Counted from the stretch's first letter, positions 12,889-23,328 are shown. The stretch: DNA of 64,000 nucleotides from an uncultured bacterium (GCA_965112635.1 OZ218778.1:768001-832000); one strand, 5' to 3'. Notes: generated from the letters alone by a model not told the origin. Numbers and translations: made by a program.

Positions 12889-13851
12889 TTAAACCAGATG
12901 CTTTTTTACTTCGGCCAATACTTTGGCTCTCACTTCCGTGAGAGACCCCAGGACCGTGCAACCCGAAGCGGCCGGGTGGCCGCCTCCCCCAAAAACCTTG
13001 GAGATCTCCAGGGTGTCCACCTGTCCTTTAGAACGCAAAGAAACTTTGACCTTGGCCGGCCCCACCTCTTTAAACAGTATGCCCACCTGGGCCGTGGCCA
13101 GTGAACGGGGATAATCCACGATATTTTCGGTCTCCCAGTCTTGAGCTCCGGATTTTTTCATCATCTCGACAGTGACCTCGACCCAGGCCACTTTGCCGTC
13201 GCTTTCGGTCTGTAGGGTGGCCAGGGCCAGCCCCTGCAGCTTTACCCGGGAAAGAGGATTTTGTTCCAGCAGGGCGGTGGTCACCTGTTCGGGCTTTAGG
13301 CCGCATCCCACAAGCTCGGCGGCGATGGCCAGGGATTCTTTGGTGGTGTTGCCGTACCTGAACCCTCCGGTGTCCGTGTACAGCGCGGTAAAGAGGCAGG
13401 CCGCGATAGCGGCGTCGATCCTGCCGCCCAGGGCCAAGATGAGGCGGTAGGCCTGTTCCCCGACCGCGGAAACTTTTGGCTCGACCCAGTTGAGGGTGCC
13501 GTAGTTCTCGTTGAAGGCGTGGTGGTCGATGTTGATGACCTGTCCGGCTTGTGTGGCCAGGTCCAAAGGCAGACCCAGGCGGCTCCGGTCAGGGCACTCG
13601 AAGGCAATGATGACATCAAAGCGTTCCGCGGGGCCCACGCTGTCTTTGACCTCGCCGCTACCGGGTAAAAAACGGTACAGGCCCGGCACCCCCTGGTGGT
13701 TGGCGATGGTCACCTGTTTGCCCATTTTTTTCAGGACAGGCGCCAGGGCCAGTTCAGAACCGAGCCCGTCACCGTCGGGGTTGAGATGGGTGGTCAGCAA
13801 AAATGTTTTATTGGCCTTGATCGCTCCGACAATATCGTCCAGGACGCTCAT
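12889..13851 (-). CDS. nrnA: DHH/DHHA1 oligoribonuclease/pAp phosphatase
   Basis: HLNPDGDGLGS, IDHH, TDTGGF, GGGGHPAASG; next to rbfA. Confidence 0.92.
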   Translation of the reverse strand: MSVLDDIVGAIKANKTFLLTTHLNPDGDGLGSELALAPVLKKMGKQVTIANHQGVPGLYRFLPGSGEVKDSVGPAERFDVIIAFECPDRSRLGLPLDLATQAGQVINIDHHAFNENYGTLNWVEPKVSAVGEQAYRLILALGGRIDAAIAACLFTALYTDTGGFRYGNTTKESLAIAAELVGCGLKPEQVTTALLEQNPLSRVKLQGLALATLQTESDGKVAWVEVTVEMMKKSGAQDWETENIVDYPRSLATAQVGILFKEVGPAKVKVSLRSKGQVDTLEISKVFGGGGHPAASGCTVLGSLTEVRAKVLAEVKKHLV

Positions 13852-14288
13852 TTCTTTTTCCTTTTTGGTTTGGCCGTTGCTTTTTTCTTTTTGGTCTTTT
13901 TCCTGGGTTTAACAGCAACTTCATGCGCGTGTTCCTGTTTTTCTTTGTCTATTTGATGCAAGAGGGTCAGGACCCGGGAGCTGTGCTCCAGCGTTTCATC
14001 GAGTTTAAAGAGTATTTCCGGAACGAGCCTTAACCCAAGACGCGGGGCCAGCTGGTGCCGGATAAAACCCGCGGCGCTTTTAAGGCCCGACAAGCTGTTC
14101 TCCTTGGCCTGTTCGTCGCCTAAAATGCTGATAAAGATCTTGGCTTGACGCAGGTCGTCCGTCACTTCCACTTTGGTGACCGTCACAAACCCGATGCGGG
14201 GGTCCGTGACCTCGGTCCGCAGGATATTCATGACCTCTTCGTGGATCAGGGATTCCACCCGGTCTTTTCTTTTGAAACCGAATTCCAT
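13848..14288 (-). CDS. rbfA: Ribosome-binding factor A with Lys-rich C-tail
   Basis: DPRIGFVTVTKVEVTDDL, AAGFIR..L..R..PEI.F; ATG at 14288. Confidence 0.95.
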   Translation of the reverse strand: MEFGFKRKDRVESLIHEEVMNILRTEVTDPRIGFVTVTKVEVTDDLRQAKIFISILGDEQAKENSLSGLKSAAGFIRHQLAPRLGLRLVPEILFKLDETLEHSSRVLTLLHQIDKEKQEHAHEVAVKPRKKTKKKKATAKPKRKKK

Positions 14289-14298
14289 GGCTGTCCTT

Positions 14299-14580
14299 TC
14301 ACAAATATGTGATGTGGGTGTCCAAAAGTTCCGCCATGCCGGACTGCTCCACAAGGCTCGCGGCGTGCGACAGGGTCCGGTCCGCGAAGGCCTGGCTGGT
14401 GTTGACATGCACGACCGCCAGGGAGGCCCGCTGCCAGGTGTCCCGTTCAGAGACTTCGGCGCAGGAGACGTTGAACCGGCTGCTCAGCCGGTCCAAAAGG
14501 CTTTTGACGATCCGGCGTTTTTCTTTCAGGGAGTTGGATTCCGCAAGGAAAAGTTCGATCGTTAACAGGCCCACTACCAT
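14299..14580 (-). CDS. DUF503 (YlxP-like) protein
   Basis: MVVG, SLKEKRRIVKS, FNVSCAEV...D.WQR; between infB and rbfA. Confidence 0.9.
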   Translation of the reverse strand: MVVGLLTIELFLAESNSLKEKRRIVKSLLDRLSSRFNVSCAEVSERDTWQRASLAVVHVNTSQAFADRTLSHAASLVEQSGMAELLDTHITYL

Positions 14581-14618
14581 GTTGGTTCGCTCACCCGTCT
14601 CCACCGGATTGACGGAAC

Positions 14619-16958
14619 TCAGGACAATTTCTGGATCACGGTCTCCGTCACGAAAGATTCTATAAAATCGCCGATCCGCAAGTCCGATAGCCCGTCGATC
14701 CTGATCCCGCACTCGAACCCGGCCGCCACCTCGGACACATCGTCCTTAAAGCGTTTCAGTGAGGCCAGCTTGCCTTCAAAGGCCACCTCACCGCTGCGGG
14801 CAACTTTCATCTGGCCCGAACGGGTGATCTTGCCGGCCGTCACATAGCAGCCGGCCACGGTGCCTTCCTTGGAGGTCTTGAAGATCTGCCTGACCTCGGC
14901 CCGGCCCACCAGAGTTTCCTTGAAATGGGGCTCCAAAAGGCCTTCCATGGCGGCTTTGACGTCGTTGACAATGTCGTAGATGATGCGGTAGAACCTCACG
15001 TCCACCTTTTCCCGGGCCACGACGGTCTGTGCCTGGGGCTCGGTCTTGACGTTGAATCCCACGATGATAGCGTTGGCGGCGGAGGCCAGCATCACATCGC
15101 TTTCCGTGATGTTGCCCACCCCGCCGTAGACCACGTGCAGTTTGACCTTTTCGTTGCTCAGGGCCTCGAGGGAGTGCCTCAAAACCTCCACGGACCCGCT
15201 CACGTCGGCCTTGATGATGATCTTCAGCTCCTTGATCTTGCCCTGCTGGATCTGGCTGTAGAGGTCGTCCAAGGTGATGCGTTTGCCGAGAGAAAGTTCG
15301 TGCTCTTTGGCCTGTTCCTGGCGTTTGGCGGCGATGTAACGCCCCATTTTCTCGTTGACCAGGACCTGGACCTTGTCCCCGGCCTGGGGGATGCCGGAGA
15401 GCCCCAGAATCTCCACTGGAGTGGCCGGCCCGGCTGAAAGGAGGCGCTGGCCGTGCTCGTTGGCCAGGGCCCTCACCTTGCCGTAGCACGCTCCGGCGAT
15501 AAAGGTGTCGCCGACCTTCAGGGTGCCTTTTTCCACCAGGATGGTGGCCACGGGGCCGCGGTTTTTGTCCAGCTTGGCCTCGATGACCGTGCCTTTGGCG
15601 GGCGCGTGGGGGTTAGCCTTGAGTTCCAGCATTTCGGCTTCCAGCAAGAGCATTTCCAAAAGCTTGTCCAGGTTGAGTTTTTTTTTGGCGGAGACCTCCA
15701 CCATGATGGTCTTGCCTCCCCAGTCCTCGGGCATCAGGCCGTGATCGGAAAGCTGCTGCTTGATGCGGTTGATGTTGACGCCTTCCTTGTCGATCTTGTT
15801 GATGGCCACCATGATGGGCGTCTTGGAGGACTGGGCGTGGTGGATGGCCTCGATCGTCTGGGGCATGACCCCGTCGTCCGCGGCCACGACCAGCACGATG
15901 ACATCCGTGATGCTAGCGCCCCTGGCCCGCATGGCCGTAAAAGCCTCGTGGCCCGGAGTGTCCAAGAAAACCACGTCGCCCTTGTTGGGCAGACTCACTT
16001 TATAGGCGCCGATGTGCTGGGTGATGCCGCCGGCCTCTCCCGCGGTCACGTTGGTCATGCGGATGGCGTCCAAAAGCGAGGTCTTGCCGTGGTCCACGTG
16101 GCCCATGATGGTCACGACCGGAGCGCGCGGCTTTAAGTCCGCAGGGTTGTCTTTTTCATCTTCAGCGAGTTCAAAAGCTTCTCCGTAATAAGGGACAAAA
16201 TCGAGTTCATAGCCGTTCTCGGAAGCGATCAAGTTGGCCACATCCACGTCCAGTTTCTGGTTGAGCGTGGCCATGATGCCCTGGCTGATGAGTTTTTTGA
16301 TGAGTTCCACGGGCCGCAGGTTGACCTTCTGGGCCAGCTGGCTGACGGTCACGCCTTCGGGGACTTTGACCCTTTTTAATATTTTCGGGGCTGCCGCAGG
16401 AGCGGCCGGGGCCTCGGGCTCTTTTTCAGCCACGGCCGTGGCCGTGGTCTTGACCGGTTCAGGCGCCAGCGGAGCGGTTTGAACGGGTTCTGGTTTTTTT
16501 TCTTTGATGATAAGTTCAGGCGCGGGCTTGGCCGGAGCAGCAGGTTTGACCGCTTGTTTTGGCACAGCTGGCTTGGCTTCTATTACTTTTTCTATTTTTT
16601 CGGGGACTTTTGCAGCCACTTTTTCAGCAACTTTTTCAGGTTGGGTCTTGGCCGGATGAGGATGGGCCGCTTTGACCGCGGGTTTGGCCGGCTCCGCTGC
16701 CTTTTCCGCCTTGGGCGCGTGGGGTTTCTCGGCTTTTTCCGCGTGCGGCTTTTCTGCAGGGGGCTTGGCGGGATGGGCCGCTTTGGCCGCGTGTTTGGCC
16801 GGAGCCAGATGGCTCATCAGCTTGGCGGCGTCTTCATCGGTCAGGACAGCCATATGGCTTTTTACCTCGATGCCCAGCTTGGCCAGCTTGTCCATCAGGT
16901 CCTTGCTGGACAGACCAAGTTCTTTGGCGAGCGTAAAAACCCTTTTATGGCTATCCAC
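14619..16958 (-). CDS. infB: Translation initiation factor IF-2
   Basis: [49 protein letters not shown]. Confidence 0.98.
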   Translation of the reverse strand: MDSHKRVFTLAKELGLSSKDLMDKLAKLGIEVKSHMAVLTDEDAAKLMSHLAPAKHAAKAAHPAKPPAEKPHAEKAEKPHAPKAEKAAEPAKPAVKAAHPHPAKTQPEKVAEKVAAKVPEKIEKVIEAKPAVPKQAVKPAAPAKPAPELIIKEKKPEPVQTAPLAPEPVKTTATAVAEKEPEAPAAPAAAPKILKRVKVPEGVTVSQLAQKVNLRPVELIKKLISQGIMATLNQKLDVDVANLIASENGYELDFVPYYGEAFELAEDEKDNPADLKPRAPVVTIMGHVDHGKTSLLDAIRMTNVTAGEAGGITQHIGAYKVSLPNKGDVVFLDTPGHEAFTAMRARGASITDVIVLVVAADDGVMPQTIEAIHHAQSSKTPIMVAINKIDKEGVNINRIKQQLSDHGLMPEDWGGKTIMVEVSAKKKLNLDKLLEMLLLEAEMLELKANPHAPAKGTVIEAKLDKNRGPVATILVEKGTLKVGDTFIAGACYGKVRALANEHGQRLLSAGPATPVEILGLSGIPQAGDKVQVLVNEKMGRYIAAKRQEQAKEHELSLGKRITLDDLYSQIQQGKIKELKIIIKADVSGSVEVLRHSLEALSNEKVKLHVVYGGVGNITESDVMLASAANAIIVGFNVKTEPQAQTVVAREKVDVRFYRIIYDIVNDVKAAMEGLLEPHFKETLVGRAEVRQIFKTSKEGTVAGCYVTAGKITRSGQMKVARSGEVAFEGKLASLKRFKDDVSEVAAGFECGIRIDGLSDLRIGDFIESFVTETVIQKLS

Positions 16959-16960
16959 GC

Positions 16961-18358
16961 TTACATCTCCTTGTTCTCTTTTTCTGTGTCGCTGCTCGCT
17001 TGGTCGGTCTCAGGCTGCGGCGCAACTGCCTCAGCCGCGGGTCCGGCAGCGCCGGCGGACTCCACGCTTAGTTTGGCCTGGGAAAGAATCTGGTTGGCTG
17101 TTTTTTCGCCGATGCCGTCTATTTTGACCAGGTCCTCGACCGTGGCCTGGCTCAGATCAACGGCGGAACGGTATCCGGCCGCGATGAGTTTCAAGGCTGT
17201 TTTGGTGCCCATATCCAGCCCTTCGATCGTCTTGGGCGATTTGGCCGGTTCGGCCGCCTCCCCTGCGGGCTCGGGGCTGGCCGGGGCCTCCTGCGCCTGC
17301 TGTTCGGCCTCTTGTTTTTTGTAGTCGCTTTCACGCCGGATGTCGATGCGGCAGCCCGTCAACTTGGAAGCCAGACGGGCGTTCTGGCCCTTGCGTCCGA
17401 TGGCCAGCGAAAGCTGGTCGTCGGGGACCAGGATGATGGCCGCTTCTTTTTCGCGGTCGATGAGGATCTGGGTGATCTTGGCCGGGCTCAGGGAGTGGGT
17501 CAAAAACACCACCTGGTCCGGGTTCCACTCCACGATGTCGATTTTTTCGCCCTGGATCTCGCGGATGACCGACTGGACGCGCGAGCCTTTGACCCCGACG
17601 CAGGCGCCCACGGCGTCCACGTGCTGGTCCTCGGTCGTCACGGCGATCTTGGTCCTGGAGCCGGCTTCGCGGGCGATGGCCTTGACCTCGACCACGCCGG
17701 AAGTCATCTCAGGCACTTCCATTTCGAACAGTTTTTTAATGAATAGAGGGTGCGTGCGCGACACGATGACCTGCGCGCCCTTGGCGGATTTTTTGACGCT
17801 CAGGACATAGGCCCGGAGGCGGTCGCCGGAGCGGAAATGCTCCTGGTAGACCTGTTCTTTGGCCGGCAGGATGGCGCTGGCCTCCCCCAGGTCGACGATG
17901 ATCTGGTGCGGCTCCACGCGGGAGACCGAACCGTTGACGAGGTCGCCTTCGCGGCCCCGGTACTCCTCGAAAATGTGCTCGCGTTCCGCTTCGCGGACCT
18001 TTTGGAGGACCACCTGCTTGGCGGTCTGGGCGGAAATGCGGCCCAGGTCCAGCTCTTCCAGGGAGATGGCGCCTTCGACCTCTTCGCCGACCTTGGTCTC
18101 GGCGTTGATCTTCAAGGCCTCCTCGAGCGAGATCTCCAGCTTGCCGGTGGGCTGGTCTTCCACGACCTTTTTCTTGACCGTGGCCAGGATCTGGCCGGTC
18201 TCTTCGTTGAAATGGACGCTGATCTTCTGCGCCACGCCGAAATATTTCTTGGAAGCGGACATGAGTGCGCCTTCCACGGCGTTGATCAGGTCTTTTTTGT
18301 CGATATGCCGGCCTCGGCTGATCTGGTCAATGGCTTCGGCCAGCTCGTTCTGTCTCAC
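16961..18358 (-). CDS. nusA: Transcription factor NusA
   Basis: [38 protein letters not shown]; GTG start at 18358 behind SD AAGGAG. Confidence 0.96.
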   Translation of the reverse strand: MRQNELAEAIDQISRGRHIDKKDLINAVEGALMSASKKYFGVAQKISVHFNEETGQILATVKKKVVEDQPTGKLEISLEEALKINAETKVGEEVEGAISLEELDLGRISAQTAKQVVLQKVREAEREHIFEEYRGREGDLVNGSVSRVEPHQIIVDLGEASAILPAKEQVYQEHFRSGDRLRAYVLSVKKSAKGAQVIVSRTHPLFIKKLFEMEVPEMTSGVVEVKAIAREAGSRTKIAVTTEDQHVDAVGACVGVKGSRVQSVIREIQGEKIDIVEWNPDQVVFLTHSLSPAKITQILIDREKEAAIILVPDDQLSLAIGRKGQNARLASKLTGCRIDIRRESDYKKQEAEQQAQEAPASPEPAGEAAEPAKSPKTIEGLDMGTKTALKLIAAGYRSAVDLSQATVEDLVKIDGIGEKTANQILSQAKLSVESAGAAGPAAEAVAPQPETDQASSDTEKENKEM

Positions 18359-18359
18359 T

Positions 18360-18845
18360 TTATTGCTCCTTTTCTTTTTCCAGGCCATCCTCGTAATCGA
18401 GGTTGGCCTTGGCGATCATGTCCTGGGGCACCTTGAACTTCTGGCCCTGGTCCTCGAGGACCACGTGGCCTTTTTCCAACCCCAACAGCACGCCTTTGAA
18501 GTTCCTGCGCTCGTCCACGGGTGCGTAAGTATGCACCTGGATCACGCGACCCTTGAACCTCTCAAAATCCGCGTCTTTTTTCAGCGGCCTATCCAGGCCT
18601 GCGGACGAGACCTCTAAAAAATAAGCGCCGTTGATGATCTGCGACGCGTCCAGCATCCGCTCCAGGGCCTGGCTGTATTTTTCACAGTCATCCACCGAGA
18701 CCCCGGCTGGTTTGTCCAGCAGGACCCGGAGGATCCAGCGGCCCCCCTCTTTTTTAAAGGTCAGGTCCACCAGTTCCACACCCTGTTCCTCGGCGAGGGG
18801 CCGGCCAAAACCTGAAACCTGGGCCGTCACGGACAGATCCGGCAT
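18360..18845 (-). CDS. rimP: Ribosome maturation factor RimP
   Basis: GVSVDDCE, YFLEVSSAGLDRPL; ATG at 18845 with SD GGGAGG. Confidence 0.95.
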   Translation of the reverse strand: MPDLSVTAQVSGFGRPLAEEQGVELVDLTFKKEGGRWILRVLLDKPAGVSVDDCEKYSQALERMLDASQIINGAYFLEVSSAGLDRPLKKDADFERFKGRVIQVHTYAPVDERRNFKGVLLGLEKGHVVLEDQGQKFKVPQDMIAKANLDYEDGLEKEKEQ

Positions 18846-18884
18846 TTTGCCTCCCTCTCGGGCCCAGAGGCCATATTTCCTTTT

Positions 18885-18918
18885 AAAACACAAAGAGTGG
18901 GCTTGTTGCTCCCACTCT
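18885..18918 (-). promoter_or_regulatory. rimP leader hairpin (attenuator-like)
   Basis: AGAGTGGG/CCCACTCT stem followed by UUGUGUUUU; upstream promoter TTGCTT-17-TAAATT at 18945-18973. Confidence 0.65.
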
Positions 18919-19013
18919 CTAAGAGTAAAACTTAATCTAGGAACAATTTAACACACCCCTATAGGCAAAGCAACACATAGTTTTCCAGGCAAAAAGGGGT
19001 AAACGGGGCGCCT

Positions 19014-20111
19014 TTAGAGGTTTAGGGTGAACCAAAAAACCGAGCCTTCGGCCAGCTTGCTCTCTACTCCGACCTGGCCGCCCAGGGATTCCACGGTGTG
19101 CTTGACGATGGAAAGCCCCAGTCCCGTGCCGCCTTTTTCGCGGGAGCGGTCCTGGTCCACGCGGTAAAAGCGCTCGAAGAGCCGGGGCAGGTCAGGGGCC
19201 GGGATGCCGATGCCGCTGTCACTCACGGAGATTTTGAGGGTTTGGCCCTGTATTTCCGAGGAAATCTCGACCCAGCCGTTCTCGACATTGTACTGGATGG
19301 CGTTGGTGACGAGGTTGGTCAGGATGTGGTGGAGATACCTTTTGTCCGTCTCGACCATGGCGAGGTCGGGGCTGAGCTTGGAGCGCAAGGAAACTTTTTT
19401 GTCCCTGGCCAAATGTTTCAGGCCGGCGAACACCTCGCTGACCACGGCCGGGAGCGAAACTTTTTCTTTGACGGGCTTGTTCTTTTCGGATTCCAGGGAG
19501 GAAAGGGTCAGGAGGTCCCCCACCAGGCTGGTCAGGCGGTCGCACTGCTTGACGATGGAGCTGAGGAATTCCAAACGGTGCTCCTTATCGTCCACGGCCC
19601 CGTCCAAAAGGGTCTCCGCGAAACCTTTGATGGAGGTCAGAGGCGTGCGCAGTTCGTGGGAGACATTGGCCACGAGCTCCTGGCGTATGTTTTCCAGCTG
19701 GCGCAGGCGCGTGGTCTCGTAGAGGACCAGGATCATGCCGGTCAGGCGGCCGTTTTCTTTGAGGGGGACGAACTGCGCGTCAAAGCTCCGCTCTTCGGGC
19801 GCGAAAAGTTTGACCTCTTCAAAGAGCGCGGCGGCCTGGGCCACGGCTTTTTGGCGCAGGGTCTCCAGCGGGGGATGGCGCAGGACTTCCAGCAGGGGTT
19901 TACCGCGGGCCGCTTCCCGGTCCAGCTGGAACAGCCGGCAAAAAGAGTTGTTCACATCCGTTATTTTCCCGGCGGGGTCCAGGATCGCCACGCCCTCGAA
20001 AAGGTTCTCTATGATCTTGGAGGTCCCCGGGTTCTTTTCCGTTTGCGGGGGGGGGGCCGCCGGCTCCAACTTAGGCGCGTTCCAGTTCCTCCACCAATTC
20101 AGGATAGGCAC
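19014..20111 (-). CDS. phoR: PhoR-like PAS sensor histidine kinase (no clear TM)
   Basis: PAS, ANVSHELRTPLTSIKG, NLVTNAIQY, DSGIGI, FERFYRVD..RSR..GGTGLGL. Confidence 0.75.
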   Translation of the reverse strand: MPILNWWRNWNAPKLEPAAPPPQTEKNPGTSKIIENLFEGVAILDPAGKITDVNNSFCRLFQLDREAARGKPLLEVLRHPPLETLRQKAVAQAAALFEEVKLFAPEERSFDAQFVPLKENGRLTGMILVLYETTRLRQLENIRQELVANVSHELRTPLTSIKGFAETLLDGAVDDKEHRLEFLSSIVKQCDRLTSLVGDLLTLSSLESEKNKPVKEKVSLPAVVSEVFAGLKHLARDKKVSLRSKLSPDLAMVETDKRYLHHILTNLVTNAIQYNVENGWVEISSEIQGQTLKISVSDSGIGIPAPDLPRLFERFYRVDQDRSREKGGTGLGLSIVKHTVESLGGQVGVESKLAEGSVFWFTLNL

Positions 20112-20114
20112 GGC

Positions 20115-20804
20115 TCACTCTCCTTTGAAACGGTAGCCGCGGGATTTGACGGTGAGCAGATATTTTTTGGCGGGCCCGAGTTTTTTGCGCAGGCGCGCGA
20201 CGTGCTGGTCAACGGTGCGGGTGTCCATCTGAGCGCTTTTGTCCACGCCCCAGACCTGCTGCAACAGCTCCTCGCGGCTGAAGACTTTTTCCTGGCCGCC
20301 TACTAGGAAACGCAAAAGCTCGAACTCCTTGCTGGTCAGGTCACACATCTCTCCCCTGACCTTGACCTCAAAGCGGTCAAAAGAAATTTCCAAAAGGTCG
20401 TTCTTAAAAGAGGAAGAGGCAGGCACGGAGGGCTGGGTCCTCCTGAAAAGCGCTTTGACGCGGGCCAGGAGCTCCCGCAGGCTGAAAGGTTTGGTCACAT
20501 AGTCGTCGGCGCCGAGCTCCAGGCCCAGGACGCGGTCCACTTCTTCCTGTTTGGCGGTCAGCATCAGGATGAGGGTGCCGGACTCCTTGCGGATCATCCG
20601 GCAGACCTCCATGCCGTTGAGTTTGGGCATCATCAGGTCCAAAATGACCAGGTCGGGCCGGAAAGTTTGGAAAAGCGCAAACCCGGCCTCGCCGTCATAG
20701 GCCTTGGCGGTCAAATAGCCCTCTTTTTGCAGGTTATATTCCAAAACTTTGACCAGGTCCTGCTCGTCCTCGACGATCAATATTTTTTTAGGTTTATCGG
20801 CCAT
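20115..20804 (-). CDS. phoB: PhoB/OmpR-family response regulator
   Basis: ILIVEDE, LDLMMP, GADDYVTKPF, RTVDQHVARLRKK, TVKSRGY. Confidence 0.72.
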   Translation of the reverse strand: MADKPKKILIVEDEQDLVKVLEYNLQKEGYLTAKAYDGEAGFALFQTFRPDLVILDLMMPKLNGMEVCRMIRKESGTLILMLTAKQEEVDRVLGLELGADDYVTKPFSLRELLARVKALFRRTQPSVPASSSFKNDLLEISFDRFEVKVRGEMCDLTSKEFELLRFLVGGQEKVFSREELLQQVWGVDKSAQMDTRTVDQHVARLRKKLGPAKKYLLTVKSRGYRFKGE

Positions 20805-20906
20805 TATTTCACCCATTCCTTTTATCTAAGAAGGAAACAGTTAAAGCAATTCAGCGCGGTCATGGGGACAGGAACAAAGACCGGACCGCGAACCCTCTGA
20901 ATATTC

Positions 20907-21947
20907 CTAGGAGGGTTTTTTTATCCCGACAACATAACTCAAAGGTCTTTCCGTCAGGCTGCCTATTTCCCAGCCGGCCCGTTTGATCAAGTCCTTGATG
21001 TCCTCCAGGGAGCGGGGCATGATCCGCGCCGGGTTGAACTGGTTAAAAGCCGCTCCAGGGCCGTCCGCCCTGCAGAAGGTCAGCATAAAAAAAACATCCC
21101 CAGGGGTCATCACGGAGATGACCCTGAGGTTTTCTTTTATCTCCTGATCAGAGCCGTAATCCCCCAGGCCCCCTTCGGAAGAAAAGGCCACCACGGCGTT
21201 TTTCATCATTTTAGAATCCAGCGATGTCATCAAAAGTTCAGGATGGGCCCAGTCATAGTACCGGTAGACCATGTCCGCGTCCAAGCCCGCCAAAGGGCCT
21301 CTTGCTGAACTCAAAGCATCGAGGGCCTGTTTGCCGAAGGAAGGGCCGCTGAGTTCCCGGTCATAGACATAGAGCATGACCTTCCGGCCGGACAACAAAG
21401 CAGGGTCTTGTTTCTGCACCAGGATCAACGCGTTCAGGCTGTCGAAGCATGGACCGCCGGCCAGGTTGATCAGCAGGATAGGCTGGGAGGGCTTTGACCG
21501 CAATAAAGGGACCAGGCCCTGGGCCAGCGTCTCAGCCGCGTCTCTCAGCCTCAGCTGGATCAGGTACATGGAGATGGAGATGGAGGCGGCGAACTTGCGG
21601 TCCATTTTTCCGGCGTAGCCTTGTCCAAAATGGTCCGGCCCCAGTTTCATCAGGTAGGTGTTCATTCCGGACAGGAACGAACCCTGAGCTTCAACAAGGC
21701 CCTTCATCAGGACGGAATTTCGGGAAAGCAGCCACAGCATTGGCATTTTGAGAAAACCCGGCAGGCGGTTGTGCCGGGCCTGTTCTTCCACCATCTTTTT
21801 TAACTGGTTTTCTATTTCTTCTTTGCTTTTATTTTCCAGGGCAAAAGCGGGGTGAGTGATATTGATGATCGGAAGCTCCCACCCGTCGTCCGTGAAAGCA
21901 TACAAAACACCCGGTTTTTTATTTTTCTCCATTATCAATTTTTGCAT
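20907..21947 (-). CDS. Hypothetical protein, possible SAM-dependent methyltransferase-like fold
   Basis: 346-aa ORF; LINLAGGP resembles a Rossmann motif I, with YVYD and SEGG..DY downstream. Confidence 0.6.
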   Translation of the reverse strand: MQKLIMEKNKKPGVLYAFTDDGWELPIINITHPAFALENKSKEEIENQLKKMVEEQARHNRLPGFLKMPMLWLLSRNSVLMKGLVEAQGSFLSGMNTYLMKLGPDHFGQGYAGKMDRKFAASISISMYLIQLRLRDAAETLAQGLVPLLRSKPSQPILLINLAGGPCFDSLNALILVQKQDPALLSGRKVMLYVYDRELSGPSFGKQALDALSSARGPLAGLDADMVYRYYDWAHPELLMTSLDSKMMKNAVVAFSSEGGLGDYGSDQEIKENLRVISVMTPGDVFFMLTFCRADGPGAAFNQFNPARIMPRSLEDIKDLIKRAGWEIGSLTERPLSYVVGIKKPS

Positions 21948-21962
21948 GGTGTTTCTATCTCC

Positions 21963-22871
21963 CTAGGTCTTAACTCCTGTTTCAGGATTGGAGGGGACGG
22001 GATTAGATGGAGCGGAACCAGGCGATGCGGGATTGGGTGGCATGGGACAGGATGGCGCGGGATTGGAGAGTACGGGAGAGGCGAGGCGGTAAAAGGCGGC
22101 TTTGCGCTGGCCGACCTGGACGATGACGCTTTTTTTCTCCAAAACCTGCAGTTGGTACCAGATGGAGTTGTGCGGACGGTTGAGCGCTCGCATCAGGTCG
22201 CCCATCTTGACCTGTCCTTTTTCCGTGATGACCTGCAAAACCTGTTCGCCCAAACTCCCCTGGTATTTTTTGGGCTGCTGGAACTGGGTGACCGGGACAG
22301 TCTGGCCGGGTTTGGGGCCGGAGAAAAGCTCCCCAAAGCTTGCAGGGTTTTTCAGCACCTGCAGGACAGAGTCAAAAACCTGGGTGGCGGCAAGCTGTCC
22401 GGATTTTGGCTGGGTCAGCTGGCGGTAACCAGCCTGGAGAATGGCCAGGCCAAAGCAGTATTTGAGGGTATGGGCCATACCCGGAGCCAGACAGTAGCGG
22501 AACGAGGTGACATCGGCCAATATATGAAGGAAAAACCAAACTGCCAGCCAGAAAATAAGGGCTTTGGAGGAGGAAAGGTGCAAAACCCTTGTTATAAAAG
22601 TGGTATCCTGGGGTTGGGGCGTCAACCCCCCCAATTTAGGCCGAAAATACTCGGTTTTTACGATTATCAGGGTTAAAAACAGGATATAGGCATAACTATA
22701 GAAGGATAGGCCCAAAATTTCATCCACCAGGGGGGACAAGCCGCCTACCCAGGTATAAGCCAGGATGGTGACCAGGTTAAGAGCTCCAGCCAGCCATAGA
22801 AAGGTGGTCAGGTGGGTATCAGTCAGCAGTTTTTGGGTGAGACTAAGGCTTTTTAGCCCTAAATTTGGCAT
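21963..22871 (-). CDS. Membrane protein with C-terminal winged-helix domain and Pro-rich tail
   Basis: About 4 hydrophobic segments, then QVLQVITEKGQVKMGDLMRALNRPHNSIWYQLQVLEKKSVIVQVG..KAAFYRL (wHTH pattern). Confidence 0.65.
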   Translation of the reverse strand: MPNLGLKSLSLTQKLLTDTHLTTFLWLAGALNLVTILAYTWVGGLSPLVDEILGLSFYSYAYILFLTLIIVKTEYFRPKLGGLTPQPQDTTFITRVLHLSSSKALIFWLAVWFFLHILADVTSFRYCLAPGMAHTLKYCFGLAILQAGYRQLTQPKSGQLAATQVFDSVLQVLKNPASFGELFSGPKPGQTVPVTQFQQPKKYQGSLGEQVLQVITEKGQVKMGDLMRALNRPHNSIWYQLQVLEKKSVIVQVGQRKAAFYRLASPVLSNPAPSCPMPPNPASPGSAPSNPVPSNPETGVKT

Positions 22872-22920
22872 CTAATTTTTACCCCAACTTATGCCCTTGT
22901 TAAATAATGGCAATATTTGG

Positions 22921-22949
22921 AGTATAGCACAAGGGTTTTTATACCTCAA
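22921..22949 (-). promoter_or_regulatory. Putative promoter of the TM-wHTH gene
   Basis: TTGAGG-17nt-TATACT with TG extension. Confidence 0.55.
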
Positions 22950-23290
22950 GTCGCAGGAAGCATAATATTTTTTATACCCCATTAATAGATACAGTCCATG
23001 TCAAAAGGCTGTTTGGACACCCTCGCTTTTGAAAATAATCGCACTATTTTTGGCAAAAGCTCGGGAAGCCAGTAGAGGGGAAATAGGGATGACTATAAAG
23101 GGGTTTTGGGCAGAACATCTTACTATTTCCTCCCCTATTCCTCCAGACATAACAAACAAAAGAGAAGCAATCTTGTACTGTCATGCCCGAGATGACTTGC
23201 GGGGTACCAGTAATTTGGTCCTTGTTTTTACAGGAAAACCAAAAAATAGGGAAATAACCATTATTTTTTAGGGAAAAAGGGGAGAGAGCC

Positions 23291-23319
23291 TTGTCAAAGG
23301 GCGAGTTATATGGTATTTT
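23291..23319 (+). promoter_or_regulatory. Putative promoter of the DUF4921 gene
   Basis: TTGTCA-17nt-TATTTT with TG extension, 9 nt before ATG. Confidence 0.5.
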
Positions 23320-23328
23320 TGCACAACT

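Noticed and set aside
23029-23271. 80-aa ORF in the AT-rich intergenic region
   Set aside because: TTG start without SD, atypical composition, lies between divergent promoters
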